From Alphaproteobacteria bacterium (lineage in GTDB: Bacteria; Pseudomonadota; Alphaproteobacteria; GCA-2731375): 64,000 bases of DNA. The stretch covers positions 864,001 to 928,000 of the forward strand of contig CBDDPY010000002.1 in the NCBI GenBank assembly GCA_965232515.1, in the 5' to 3' direction. Position 1 is the first letter of the stretch. The number at the start of each line of letters is the position of its first letter. Both the position numbers and the translations under genes were made by a program. Shown in pieces: positions 10,778 to 20,124 of this stretch. The notes under the pieces were generated by a model. It was not told the DNA's origin. It saw nothing but the letters and a program-made list of their open reading frames with translations, and made no database searches.

Positions 10778-12079
10778 ATGGATCCGTTGACCATCGGCAT
10801 TATCGGCATGGGCGGTCTGATCCTGCTGGTGGTGATCGGCGTGCGCGTCGTCTTCGCGGCGGCGATCGTCGGCATGATCGGCCTCATTTCCATGCTGGGC
10901 TGGGACGCCGGGACGGGCATGGCCGGCACCATCCCGCATTCGAAGTCGGTGGCTTATACGCTCAGCGTCCTGCCGATGTTCATCCTGATCGGCTATCTGG
11001 CCTTCCACGCCGGTCTGACCACGGCCCTTTTTGACGCGGCGCGAAAATGGGTCGGTTGGGTGCCGGGCGGTCTCGCTGTCGCCAGCGTGTTCGCGACGGC
11101 CGGCTTCGCCGCCGTGTCCGGCGCCAGCACCTCGACGGCGGCCGTGTTCTCGCGCATCGCCATTCCCGAGATGCTGCGCAACAACTACGACCGCAAGCTG
11201 GCCGCCGGCGTGGTCGCGGCCGGCGGTACGCTGGCCTCGCTGATTCCGCCCAGCGCGATCCTGGTGATCTACGCCATCATCGTCGAGGAATCGGTTGGCC
11301 GCCTGCTACTGGCGGGCTTCATACCGGGCGTCTTCTCGGCCGTGATCTACGCGGCCCTGATCATCATTCGCGCCAAGATGAACCCGGAGCTGGGCCCGGC
11401 GATCAAGGGCTATACCTGGGGCGACCGGATGCGGGCGCTGCCGGGCACGTCGCCTATCATCCTGGTGATCTTCATCATCTTCGGCTGCATCTATTTCGGC
11501 TGGGCAACGCCGACCGAGGCCGGCGCCATGGGCGCCTTCGTGGTCTTCACGATGGCGATGCTGCGCGGCATGAAGTGGAACAACCTGCGCGACGCGCTGC
11601 TGGAGACGGCGAAGCTGACCGTGATGATCTTCTCGATCATCTGGGGCATTCTGGTCTTCGTGCGCTTCCTCGGCTTCGCCCGCCTGCCGGAAGCGTTTGC
11701 GGAATGGATCATCGCGCTGCCGTTCCCGCCGATCGTCATCATCATCTTCATTCTGTTGGCCTATGCCGTCCTGGGCATGTTCATGGACGCCATCGGCATG
11801 CTGCTGCTGACCCTGCCGGTGGTTTATCCGGCCGTGGTGGCGCTGGGCTACGACCCGATCTGGTTCGGCATCATCGTGGTGAAGATGGTCGAGATCTGCC
11901 TGGTGACGCCGCCGATCGGTTTGAACTGCTATGTCGTCAACGGCGTTAGACCGGACATACCACTTGAAGACGTCTTCCGCGGCATCGGGCCGTTCTTTAT
12001 CGCCGATGTGCTGACGGTGGCGCTGCTTGTGGCGTTTCCGCAGATCATCCTGTTCCTGCCGAACACCATGTTCAACTAG
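10778..12079 (+). CDS. dctM: TRAP large permease (DctM)
   Basis: FAAVSGAS, GGTLASLIPPS, ATPTEAGA and VTPPIGLN motifs. Confidence 0.95.
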   Translation: MDPLTIGIIGMGGLILLVVIGVRVVFAAAIVGMIGLISMLGWDAGTGMAGTIPHSKSVAYTLSVLPMFILIGYLAFHAGLTTALFDAARKWVGWVPGGLAVASVFATAGFAAVSGASTSTAAVFSRIAIPEMLRNNYDRKLAAGVVAAGGTLASLIPPSAILVIYAIIVEESVGRLLLAGFIPGVFSAVIYAALIIIRAKMNPELGPAIKGYTWGDRMRALPGTSPIILVIFIIFGCIYFGWATPTEAGAMGAFVVFTMAMLRGMKWNNLRDALLETAKLTVMIFSIIWGILVFVRFLGFARLPEAFAEWIIALPFPPIVIIIFILLAYAVLGMFMDAIGMLLLTLPVVYPAVVALGYDPIWFGIIVVKMVEICLVTPPIGLNCYVVNGVRPDIPLEDVFRGIGPFFIADVLTVALLVAFPQIILFLPNTMFN

Positions 12080-12399
12080 TCGTCGATTTCGACGTCCAGA
12101 CCCAGGATCATGGCGCTCCAGGACTTGCCGTGGCCGTCCAGGTTCAGCGACTCGTTCACGCCGCCTTCCAGGGCCGCGTCCATAACGAAATTCAAGCCAT
12201 GCAGATGCGGCAGCTCATGGCGCGCGATCGGCCCGGACAGCACGCCGCCAAAGGCCGCCTTCAGGACGTCGGGCGTCACCTGCCGCCGAACCGCCTCATA
12301 GTGTCGCGGCTCGTAGACCCAGAGCGAGACGTTCGAGCGGTTGCCCTTGTCGCCGGCGCGGGCATGCGCGATCTCGCGCAGCGTCACACGGCGGCTCAT
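12076..12399 (-). CDS. Small AtuA-related protein (stand-alone AtuA C-terminal-like domain)
   Basis: MSRRVTLREIAHARAGDKGNRSN...ALEGGVNESLNLDGHGKS. ATG at 12399 overlaps the upstream stop (ATGA). The longer 300-aa track ORF is an upstream extension into the neighbouring gene. Confidence 0.85.
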   Translation of the reverse strand: MSRRVTLREIAHARAGDKGNRSNVSLWVYEPRHYEAVRRQVTPDVLKAAFGGVLSGPIARHELPHLHGLNFVMDAALEGGVNESLNLDGHGKSWSAMILGLDVEIDD

Positions 12400-13739
12400 G
12401 CGGTGAACAGCTCGACGCTGGGCGAGACCGTGTCGCGGTCGATGAAGGCCGAATAGGTCATCACGCTGGGCGTGGCGCGGCCGCGAAAACCGCCGCCGGC
12501 CGCCGGCCCGCAGCACAGCAGCGCCTCGACCTCCCACAAGAGCGTATCGGCCTCGTCGCGGCCGCCGGCGCGCATGGCGCAGCGCAGGCGGACGTCCTGG
12601 CTGTCGGTCGCATAGTCGGCGCCGGAGGCGTGCAGGGCGTTGACGCCGATCAGGTCGACCCGCAACGGGGCGTTGCTGCCGTGCACGTGCCGCATCCGCT
12701 CCATGACGATGTCGCCGGCGAGCCGCGCGCGGTCCTGCGCGCCGGGGCCGGCATAGGAAACCTCGGCCTCGGCCAGGAAACCGCCGTCGAACGCCACCGT
12801 AACCTTGAGCTGGTCCGGCCGCGCGGCGCCGGACGCCTTCGATACGCGCACCCGGTCGCCGCCCTGATCGTCGACATCGACACCACTGAAATCCGCCACC
12901 ACGTCGGGCGTGACATAGCTGGCCGGATCGTGCACCTCGTAGAACAGCTGTTCCTTCACCGTGCGTTCGGTAACGCAACCGCCGGCGTCGGCGAGCTTGG
13001 TGATGACAACGCCGCCATCAGTGTCGACCTCGGCGATGGGGAAGCCCACGTAAGCGAGATCGGCGACGTCCTTGTACCCGGGGTCGGCGAAATAGCCGCC
13101 GGTGATCTGGGCGGCACATTCCATCAAATGGCCGACGACAGTGCCGGCGCCGAGCCGCGCCCAGTCGTCGTCAGCCCAGCCGAAGGCGTGGCGCAGCGGC
13201 GCCAGGAACATGGCGGGATCGGAAACGCGGCCGGCGATGATAATGTCGGCGCCCGCCTTCAGCGCCGGCATTAGCGCGTCGGCGCCGAGATAGGCGTTGG
13301 CGCCGACCACCGGCCGGCCGACACCGGCGACGTCGGTGCCCGGCTCCCAGAGTTGGGTTTCCGGGGTGATCAGCCCGCCGACATCGTCGCCTTCGATGGC
13401 CGCGACGGTCAGCCCGCCCAAGCCGAGCTCGCGGGCGATCTCGATCGTACGCATGGCGGCGCCGCGCGGATTGGCGACGCCCATATTGGTGATCAACCGG
13501 GTGCCGTGTTCGGCGCAGAGCGGCAGCATCGCGCGCATGCGCCGGTCGAGCAGGGGGTTATAGCCTCTGGACGGATCGGCCCGGCGATCGCGGTGGCCGA
13601 AGGCGAGCGTGCGCTCGCCGACGCACTCGAAAACAATGGCGTCGAGGCGCCCCTTGGCGACGAGCTCGACGGCCGGATCGAGGCGATCGGAGGAAAACCC
13701 GGCGCCGGTGCCGATGCGGTAGGTCTGCGGATCGTGCAT
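12396..13739 (-). CDS. Acyclic terpene utilisation AtuA family protein (DUF1446)
   Basis: RIGTGAGFSSDR, FECVGERT, ITNMGVANP, ANAYLGA, GHLMECAAQITGGYF and KEQLFYEVHDPASYVTPDV motifs. Start set at MHDP (13739); 13757 is an alternative. Confidence 0.9.
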   Translation of the reverse strand: MHDPQTYRIGTGAGFSSDRLDPAVELVAKGRLDAIVFECVGERTLAFGHRDRRADPSRGYNPLLDRRMRAMLPLCAEHGTRLITNMGVANPRGAAMRTIEIARELGLGGLTVAAIEGDDVGGLITPETQLWEPGTDVAGVGRPVVGANAYLGADALMPALKAGADIIIAGRVSDPAMFLAPLRHAFGWADDDWARLGAGTVVGHLMECAAQITGGYFADPGYKDVADLAYVGFPIAEVDTDGGVVITKLADAGGCVTERTVKEQLFYEVHDPASYVTPDVVADFSGVDVDDQGGDRVRVSKASGAARPDQLKVTVAFDGGFLAEAEVSYAGPGAQDRARLAGDIVMERMRHVHGSNAPLRVDLIGVNALHASGADYATDSQDVRLRCAMRAGGRDEADTLLWEVEALLCCGPAAGGGFRGRATPSVMTYSAFIDRDTVSPSVELFTA

Positions 13740-13800
13740 GGCTGGCGAGACTAGCACAGGCTATCCGTCGTCATGGACATGCATTAGCCTGCCGCCACCC

Positions 13801-15027
13801 ATGTCGAACGATGCCCGTCGCATCACGCGTAACGCGTTCCTCGTCCTGGCGACGTGTTTCACGCTCCTCCTGCTGGCCCGTGGCGCAATGGAGACCTACG
13901 CGGTCTTCCTGCTGCCGCTGTCGGCCGAGTTCGGCTGGGACCGGACCTCGGTATCGGGTGTCTATTCGCTGGCCTTCATCGTTCTCGGCACCGCCGGCCC
14001 GGTCATCGGCTGGCTGTTCGACCGGTTCGGGCCGGCGCGGCTCTATCTGCTCGGCATCACCTGTTTGGTCGCCGCCATGCTGCTGGCCTCGCGGGCAACG
14101 GCGCTCTGGCAATTCTATCTGGCCATGGGGTTGTTGCTCGGGTTCGGCGCCTCCTGCGTCGGCGCGGTGCCGACGGCCGCGCTATTGAGCCGCTGGTTCC
14201 AACGCCGCCTGAATTCGGCCCTGGCGGTCGCCTATTCGGCGGGCGGCATCGGCATCATGTTGCTGGCCCCGACGGCGCAATATCTGATCGACCAGTTCGG
14301 TTGGCGCACGGCATATATGGCGTTGGCGGCGCTTCTCTCTTTCGGATTGCCGCTACTGCTGGTGATCCGTCTGACCCGCGCGGGCGAGGGCAATCCCGGA
14401 CAGGCGGCCGTCCTGGCACGGACGGAGAGCGCTGAATCCGGGCTGACCTTGAATCAGGCGGTCGGCACCGCCGCCTTTTGGGGGCTGACCTGGACGTTCT
14501 GCCTGACCGGGATCGGCATGTATTCGGTGATGCTGCAGACGCCGGCGTTCCTCATCGAGATCGGCTATACGCCACAGACCGCCGCCCAGGCCTTCGGGCT
14601 CGTCGGCATACTGGCGCCGGTGGGCATGATCGGCTTCGGCTGGCTCGGCGACCGGATCGGTCGGCGCCGGGCAATCCTGCTGAGTTATGGCCTGACGCTG
14701 GGCGGCATCGCCTGTCTGCTGGGCCTGACGCGGCAGCCTTCGCTCCTGCTGTTGGCCGGCTTCGTGTGCATGTTCGGCGGCACGTTCGGATCCCGGGGAC
14801 CGGCCATCACCACAGTCGCCGCCACCATCTTTCGGGGACCGCACCTCGGCCGGATCTACGGCTGCATTACAATCGGCATGGGCTTTGGCGGCGGACTGGG
14901 CGCCTATTTCGGCGGGTTTTGGCACGACGCCACCGGCGGTTACGAAGCCGGCATGATCTTCGCCCTGACCATGGTGGCACTCGGCAGCCTGCCGTTCATT
15001 CTGGTGCCGGCGATGGCGAAATCCTGA
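13801..15027 (+). CDS. MFS transporter (OFA/monocarboxylate-like)
   Basis: 12 TM segments with GWLFDRFGPAR and GWLGDRIGRRR MFS motifs; start ATG 13801. Confidence 0.9.
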   Translation: MSNDARRITRNAFLVLATCFTLLLLARGAMETYAVFLLPLSAEFGWDRTSVSGVYSLAFIVLGTAGPVIGWLFDRFGPARLYLLGITCLVAAMLLASRATALWQFYLAMGLLLGFGASCVGAVPTAALLSRWFQRRLNSALAVAYSAGGIGIMLLAPTAQYLIDQFGWRTAYMALAALLSFGLPLLLVIRLTRAGEGNPGQAAVLARTESAESGLTLNQAVGTAAFWGLTWTFCLTGIGMYSVMLQTPAFLIEIGYTPQTAAQAFGLVGILAPVGMIGFGWLGDRIGRRRAILLSYGLTLGGIACLLGLTRQPSLLLLAGFVCMFGGTFGSRGPAITTVAATIFRGPHLGRIYGCITIGMGFGGGLGAYFGGFWHDATGGYEAGMIFALTMVALGSLPFILVPAMAKS

Positions 15028-15048
15028 CATTCCTGATATGAAAGACGC

Positions 15049-15426
15049 ATGCACCAGGGGTTGATTGCGCAGGACAGCGAGCTGCACCGCTACGCGCCGC
15101 CGGGCCATGCCGGTACGGTTAACGTGCGGCTGGTGGAGAGGGATTTCTGCGGCGCCTTCGAGATGATCCACGGCACTATCGCGCCCGGCGGCGAAGCCGA
15201 GCGGCACCGGCACGAGACCGAGCATCAGGTGATTTACCTGCTGGACGGCGAGGCTTCGGTCGAGCTTGGCGATGATCCCGCCGTGCACTGCGGCGCGGGC
15301 GCGGTGATCCGTATCCCGCCGCGGGTCGACCACCGCGTGGTCAATACCGGCGACACGCCGTTGAAAGTTATCGTGCTCTACAGTCCGCCGCTGCCGCCGC
15401 GCGACGACACACCGATCAAGGAGTAG
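15049..15426 (+). CDS. Cupin domain protein
   Basis: HRHETEHQVIYLLDGE and IPPRVDHRVVN cupin metal-binding motifs. Confidence 0.88.
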   Translation: MHQGLIAQDSELHRYAPPGHAGTVNVRLVERDFCGAFEMIHGTIAPGGEAERHRHETEHQVIYLLDGEASVELGDDPAVHCGAGAVIRIPPRVDHRVVNTGDTPLKVIVLYSPPLPPRDDTPIKE

Positions 15427-15432
15427 TACCCG

Positions 15433-16260
15433 ATGGACGATCTGATCCTGCCCGATGTCGACAGTCTGGCCGCCGGCGTCGCCGACGGCGCCAAGGTGGC
15501 GATCGTCAAGAACAAGAGCGGTGTGCCGATGGCTGCGGTGCGGGCGCTGATCCGGCGGGGAGTGAAGGATCTACATGTCGTGGGCGTGCCGACCAGCGGC
15601 CTGCCGATCGACATGCTGGTCGGCGCCGGTTGTGTGGCGACGGTGGAAGCGGCGGGCGTCACGTTGGACGAGTTCGGCCAGTCGCCGTGCTTCGGCCGCG
15701 CCGCCAAAGCGGGTGAGATCCGGCTGAAGGACTCGACCTGCCCGGCGGTCTATGCCGGTCTGCAGGCGGCCGAGAAGGGCATTCCGTTCATGCCGTTGCG
15801 CGGCCTGATCGGCTCGGACATCGCCCGGTACCGCGACGACTACAAGGTGATCGAGAACCCGTTCGCCGAGAACGACCCGATTGTCGCCTTGCCGGCGATC
15901 CAGCCGGACGTCGCGCTGATCCACGCGCCGTTCGCCGACCGACAGGGCAATGTCTGGATCGGCCGTCAGCGCGAGCTGCTGCTGATGGCGCATGCCGCGC
16001 GCGAGACCCTGGTCACGGTCGAGGAGATTGTCGACGGCAATCTGCTGCAGGACGAGACGCTGGCGCCGGCGACCATTCCGGCCTTCTATGTGCACGGCGT
16101 CGCCGTGGCTGAGAAGGGCGCCTGGCCGCTGAACCTGCCGGGCCGCTATGACGAGGACGAAGCGCATCTGGCGCTCTATGCCCGGCAGGCGGCGACCGCC
16201 GAGGGGTTCGCGGCCTATCTCGCCGAATACGTGACCGACGCCCGTGTCGCCGCCGAGTAA
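15433..16260 (+). CDS. Family I CoA-transferase-like subunit A
   Basis: ALIRRGVKDL, DMLVGAGCV, LQAAEKGIPFMPLRGLIGSD and PDVALIHAPFADRQGN motifs; AGGAG SD. Confidence 0.85.
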   Translation: MDDLILPDVDSLAAGVADGAKVAIVKNKSGVPMAAVRALIRRGVKDLHVVGVPTSGLPIDMLVGAGCVATVEAAGVTLDEFGQSPCFGRAAKAGEIRLKDSTCPAVYAGLQAAEKGIPFMPLRGLIGSDIARYRDDYKVIENPFAENDPIVALPAIQPDVALIHAPFADRQGNVWIGRQRELLLMAHAARETLVTVEEIVDGNLLQDETLAPATIPAFYVHGVAVAEKGAWPLNLPGRYDEDEAHLALYARQAATAEGFAAYLAEYVTDARVAAE

Positions 16261-17023
16261 TGGGCGCATCGCGTTGGATTACCGCGCCGAAGAGCTGCTG
16301 ATCTGCACCGTCGCCGACCTGTTGGCGGGCGTGCGGCATATCGCCGTCGGCGTGTCTTCGCCGATCCCGGGTTCGGCCGCGTTGCTGACACGCGAGCTGT
16401 CGGGCGGCAAGACCAAGGTATCCGTGCTGAACAGCGACAATCTGCAGTTCTGGACCGATGGCGGGGTCGAGATCTTCGACTGCGCCGGGCAGGGACGGAT
16501 CGACGCCTTCTTCCTGGGCGGCGGTCAGATCGACGGTCAGGCGAACATCAACCTGGTCGGCGTCGGCGACTACCCCCAACAGAAGGTCCGCTGGTCCGGC
16601 TCGTTCGGGTCGGCCTACCTCTACTATCTGGTGCCGCGGGTGATCCTGTTCCGCGAGGAACATACGCGCCGGGTCATGGTGGATAAGGTCGATTTCGTTT
16701 CCGCGCCTGGCAGCTCGCCCGACAACGTGCATCGGCCGGGCGGCCCGTACGCCATGGTCACGGGCCTTTGTGTCTTCGATTTCGACAAGGAGGGGCGCCG
16801 GTTCCGCCTCAAATCCGTGCATCCCGGCCATACGGTCGAGGAGGTGCGCGACCATACCGGCTTCGATTTCGATGCACCGGAGACGGTGCCGGAAACGCCG
16901 GCACCCACGGCGGAGCTGCTGGACCTGATCCGCAACAAGATCAGCCATCGCATCGCCGACCCCTATCCGAAGTTCGCCGCCGAGGTCTTTGGCGTCGGCG
17001 CCCCGGCCGCGCAGGCTGGCTAA
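16244..17023 (+). CDS. Family I CoA-transferase-like subunit B (canonical catalytic Glu not evident)
   Basis: GRIDAFFLGGGQIDGQANINL, KVDFVSAPG and SVHPGHTVEEVRDHTGF motifs; overlaps subunit A. Confidence 0.83.
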   Translation: MSPPSNGRIALDYRAEELLICTVADLLAGVRHIAVGVSSPIPGSAALLTRELSGGKTKVSVLNSDNLQFWTDGGVEIFDCAGQGRIDAFFLGGGQIDGQANINLVGVGDYPQQKVRWSGSFGSAYLYYLVPRVILFREEHTRRVMVDKVDFVSAPGSSPDNVHRPGGPYAMVTGLCVFDFDKEGRRFRLKSVHPGHTVEEVRDHTGFDFDAPETVPETPAPTAELLDLIRNKISHRIADPYPKFAAEVFGVGAPAAQAG

Positions 17024-17051
17024 CAACCGCAAGACAAACGGAATCACATTC

Positions 17052-18266
17052 ATGAGCGATACTGCCCGGTCCGGCGCGCTCGCCGGCTTCAAGGTCATCG
17101 ATCTGACGCGCGTGCTGGGCGGTCCGTACTGCACGCAGATCCTGTCCGACTATGGCGCCGAGGTGATCAAGATCGAGCCGCCGCAGGGCGACGAGGTGCG
17201 CGACTGGGGCCCGCCGTTCAAGGACGGTCTCTCGGCCTACTTCGCCGGCGTCAACCGCAACAAACGTTCGGTCGCGCTCGACCTGCGGCAGGAGGCGGGC
17301 CGCGAAGTGCTGGTGCGGCTGCTCGAGGACGCTGACGTGCTGATCGAAAACTTCAAGACCGGCACGCTGGCGAAGTGGGGCCTCGGCTACGAAGAGGTCC
17401 TGGCCGAACGCTTTCCACGACTGATCTATTGCACGATCACCGGCTTCGGCGTCGATGGCCCGTTCGGCGGATTTCCCGGTTACGACGCCGTGGTGCAGGC
17501 GCTGGCCGGCGATATCTCGATCAACGGCTCGCCCGAGTCAGGCTCGATCCGCATCGGCACGCCCCTGGTCGATCTCGGCACCGGCCTCTACGCCGCGATC
17601 GGCATCCTGGCGGCGGCCGAGGAGCGCCGTCGTTCCGGCAAGGGACAACGCGTGGACGCGACGCTGTTCGACACCGGCATCGCGCTCTTGCATCCGCACG
17701 CGGCGAACTACTTCATGTCGGGCAAGGCGCCGACGCTGACCGGCAACTCGCATCCCAACATCTCGCCCTACGACCAGTACTCGACCAAGAAGGGCAACAT
17801 CTTCCTCGGCATCGGCAACGACCGGCAATTCCGCATCCTGTGCGAGGAACTGGGCAAGCCGGAACTGACGCAGGATGCCCGCTTCCTGCACAACCCCGAG
17901 CGGGTCGTGAACCGCGCCGCGCTGAATGCGGAGTTGACGGCGCTGCTGGCCGATCACGAAGCCGAGGACATCTCGAGCCGGCTGCTTGCGCGCGGCGCGC
18001 CGGCCGGCGCCGTCTTGACCGTGCCCGAGGTGATGGAGCATCCCCATACGGCGGCACGCGAGATGACCGTCGAGCTCGACGGTTATCGCGGCACGGGCAT
18101 GGCCCTGAAGTTCGGCCGCACGCCGGGCGGCGTGCAGGGCAAACCGCCGCTGTTCGGCACGTCGACGCGCGACGTGCTGGCCGAGGCCGGCTACAGCGCG
18201 GCCGAGATCGACGAGATGTTCACCAGCGGCATCGCGCTCGACGAACGGCAGAAGCCGCCGGCTTAG
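17052..18266 (+). CDS. Family III (CaiB/BaiF) CoA-transferase
   Basis: LAGFKVIDLTRVLGGPY, GAEVIKIEPPQGD, NRNKRS and GYDAVVQA (catalytic Asp) motifs; start ATG 17052. Confidence 0.93.
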   Translation: MSDTARSGALAGFKVIDLTRVLGGPYCTQILSDYGAEVIKIEPPQGDEVRDWGPPFKDGLSAYFAGVNRNKRSVALDLRQEAGREVLVRLLEDADVLIENFKTGTLAKWGLGYEEVLAERFPRLIYCTITGFGVDGPFGGFPGYDAVVQALAGDISINGSPESGSIRIGTPLVDLGTGLYAAIGILAAAEERRRSGKGQRVDATLFDTGIALLHPHAANYFMSGKAPTLTGNSHPNISPYDQYSTKKGNIFLGIGNDRQFRILCEELGKPELTQDARFLHNPERVVNRAALNAELTALLADHEAEDISSRLLARGAPAGAVLTVPEVMEHPHTAAREMTVELDGYRGTGMALKFGRTPGGVQGKPPLFGTSTRDVLAEAGYSAAEIDEMFTSGIALDERQKPPA

Positions 18267-18269
18267 CGG

Positions 18270-19262
18270 CTAAGCGGCGTCGAGCGCGTCGCAGAAAGTC
18301 CCCGGATCGACGTTGCCGCCGGACGCCACGGCACAGACGGTCTTGCCCCGGCAGTCGAACTGACCGCTCAAGGCCGCCGCGACCGCGACCGCTCCACCGG
18401 GTTCGGCCACCAGCTTCAGGTGTGTGAACAGCGCCCGCATCGCCGCGGCCGCCTCGCCGTCGTCAACCACCAAACCGCTCGTGACCAGCCGGCTGTTGAT
18501 GGCGAAGGTCAGCTCGCCGGGCCGTGGCGCCAGCAGTGCATCGCAGAAGCTGGATGCGTCGGAATCGATGTCGAGCCGCTCGCGGGCGGCAAGCGAGCGG
18601 GCGGTATCGTCGAACCCCGCCGGCTCCACCGTGTGGATCGCGCAATCCGGCAGTTGCGTCGAAACCGCCGTGGCGACACCCGCCGTCAGGCCGCCGCCAC
18701 CACAGGGCACCAGGACCGCATCCGGTTTCGCACTGCACTCCGCGGCCTGCGCCAGCAGTTCCAGGCCCGCCGTGCCCTGGCCGGCGATAATGTGGGGATC
18801 GTCGTAAGGCGGCACCAGCGTGCCGCCGCGCACCGACATGATCTCGGCCGCGATAGTCTCGCGGGCGTCGTGGTCGCTGCGGTCGTAAGTGACGATCTCG
18901 GCGCCCCAGCGCTCGGTGCCTTCGCGCTTTACCCGCGGCGCATCGTCCGGCATCACGATCACGGCCGGCGCTCCGGCCAGATGCGCCGCCGCGGCGACGC
19001 CCTGCGCATGGTTCCCGGACGAGAACGCGATCACGCCGGCCTGACGGGCCGCCGCATCGAGCCGGCTGATGCGGTTATAGGCGCCGCGGAACTTGAACGA
19101 GCCGGTGACCTGCAGCATCTCGGCCTTGATCAGCAGACGGCCGCCGACCAGGTCGTTCAGGGCCGCCGACTCAAGCAGCGGCGTTCGTGTCGCGACGCCG
19201 TTCACGCGGGCCGCGGCGTCCACCACGTCGTCAATACCGGGTACGTGACTAATGGGCGCCAT
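18270..19262 (-). CDS. PLP-dependent threonine/serine dehydratase (serine racemase-like, no ACT domain)
   Basis: GSFKFRGA (PLP Lys), SSGNHAQG, AGQGT, PCGGGGL and SGGNVD motifs. Confidence 0.9.
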   Translation of the reverse strand: MAPISHVPGIDDVVDAAARVNGVATRTPLLESAALNDLVGGRLLIKAEMLQVTGSFKFRGAYNRISRLDAAARQAGVIAFSSGNHAQGVAAAAHLAGAPAVIVMPDDAPRVKREGTERWGAEIVTYDRSDHDARETIAAEIMSVRGGTLVPPYDDPHIIAGQGTAGLELLAQAAECSAKPDAVLVPCGGGGLTAGVATAVSTQLPDCAIHTVEPAGFDDTARSLAARERLDIDSDASSFCDALLAPRPGELTFAINSRLVTSGLVVDDGEAAAAMRALFTHLKLVAEPGGAVAVAAALSGQFDCRGKTVCAVASGGNVDPGTFCDALDAA

Positions 19263-20124
19263 GGCCGTATCGCTCCAAGAAATCGTCGATCGCGGCAACG
19301 CATTCCGGCTCGTCCAACAGCGGCACGTGGCCGCGGTTGGGCACGCTGACGCGGATCAGATCGGCATGCATGTCCGCCATCTTGTCGAATGTTTCCTCGC
19401 TCAGGATATCGGTCAGCGCGCCGCGGATGGCCAGCAGCGGCACATGCGCCAGCGAGCGGAAATAGGGCCAGAGATCCGTCGGCGCCTTCGCCTGCGCCAG
19501 CAGCGCCTTGCTGAGGTTCAGGTCGTAGTCGAGCCGAAGGTGACCATGCTCGCCGTTGACGAAGGTGCGTTTGGCGTAGGCATGCCAATCGTCGTCGCTC
19601 AGGTCGGGGTAGGCGGGATGGAACATCTGCTTGAGCTGTTCGGCCGCGCCGTCGAAATTCGTGATCGGCACCGAGGTGCCGACATAGCCGGTGATCCGGG
19701 CAATGCCGCGCGGATCGATCTCCGGTCCGATATCGTTCAAGATCACGCCGGCGAGCGCCGTCGGCCGCACCGCGCCCATGACCATCGCCAGAATGCCGCC
19801 GAGCGACGTGCCGACGACGATCACGCGGTGGCAGTTCGTGACCGCCAGCAGGTGCACGATGTCCATCACATAGGTCGGCGGCACATAGTTCATGTGGTCG
19901 GGGTCATAGTCCGACCGGCCACGGCCCCGGTAGTCCATGGTGAGCACCCGCCGCCGGCCCGACAGGCGCTGCGCGAAGTCGTGAAAGTCGGTCGAGTTTC
20001 GGGTCAGGCCGGTCAGGCACAACAACGGGGTCGCCGACGACAACGGATCGCCGTAATCGCGGTAATAGATCCCGATATTGTCCTGCGAGGTGAAACGCCC
20101 CTCGCGGTAGCCGGCCTCGGACAT
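19249..20124 (-). CDS. Alpha/beta hydrolase
   Basis: GLTRNS, DYRGRGRS, GTSLGG nucleophile elbow and GHVP catalytic His. Confidence 0.92.
   Translation of the reverse strand: MSEAGYREGRFTSQDNIGIYYRDYGDPLSSATPLLCLTGLTRNSTDFHDFAQRLSGRRRVLTMDYRGRGRSDYDPDHMNYVPPTYVMDIVHLLAVTNCHRVIVVGTSLGGILAMVMGAVRPTALAGVILNDIGPEIDPRGIARITGYVGTSVPITNFDGAAEQLKQMFHPAYPDLSDDDWHAYAKRTFVNGEHGHLRLDYDLNLSKALLAQAKAPTDLWPYFRSLAHVPLLAIRGALTDILSEETFDKMADMHADLIRVSVPNRGHVPLLDEPECVAAIDDFLERYGHGAH

Noticed and set aside
12400-12978. Upstream extension of the small AtuA-related ORF, suggesting a frameshift fusion
   Set aside because: The extension is Arg/Gly-rich off-frame sequence. A clean ATGA overlap at 12396-12399 explains the gene, and I saw no slippery site.
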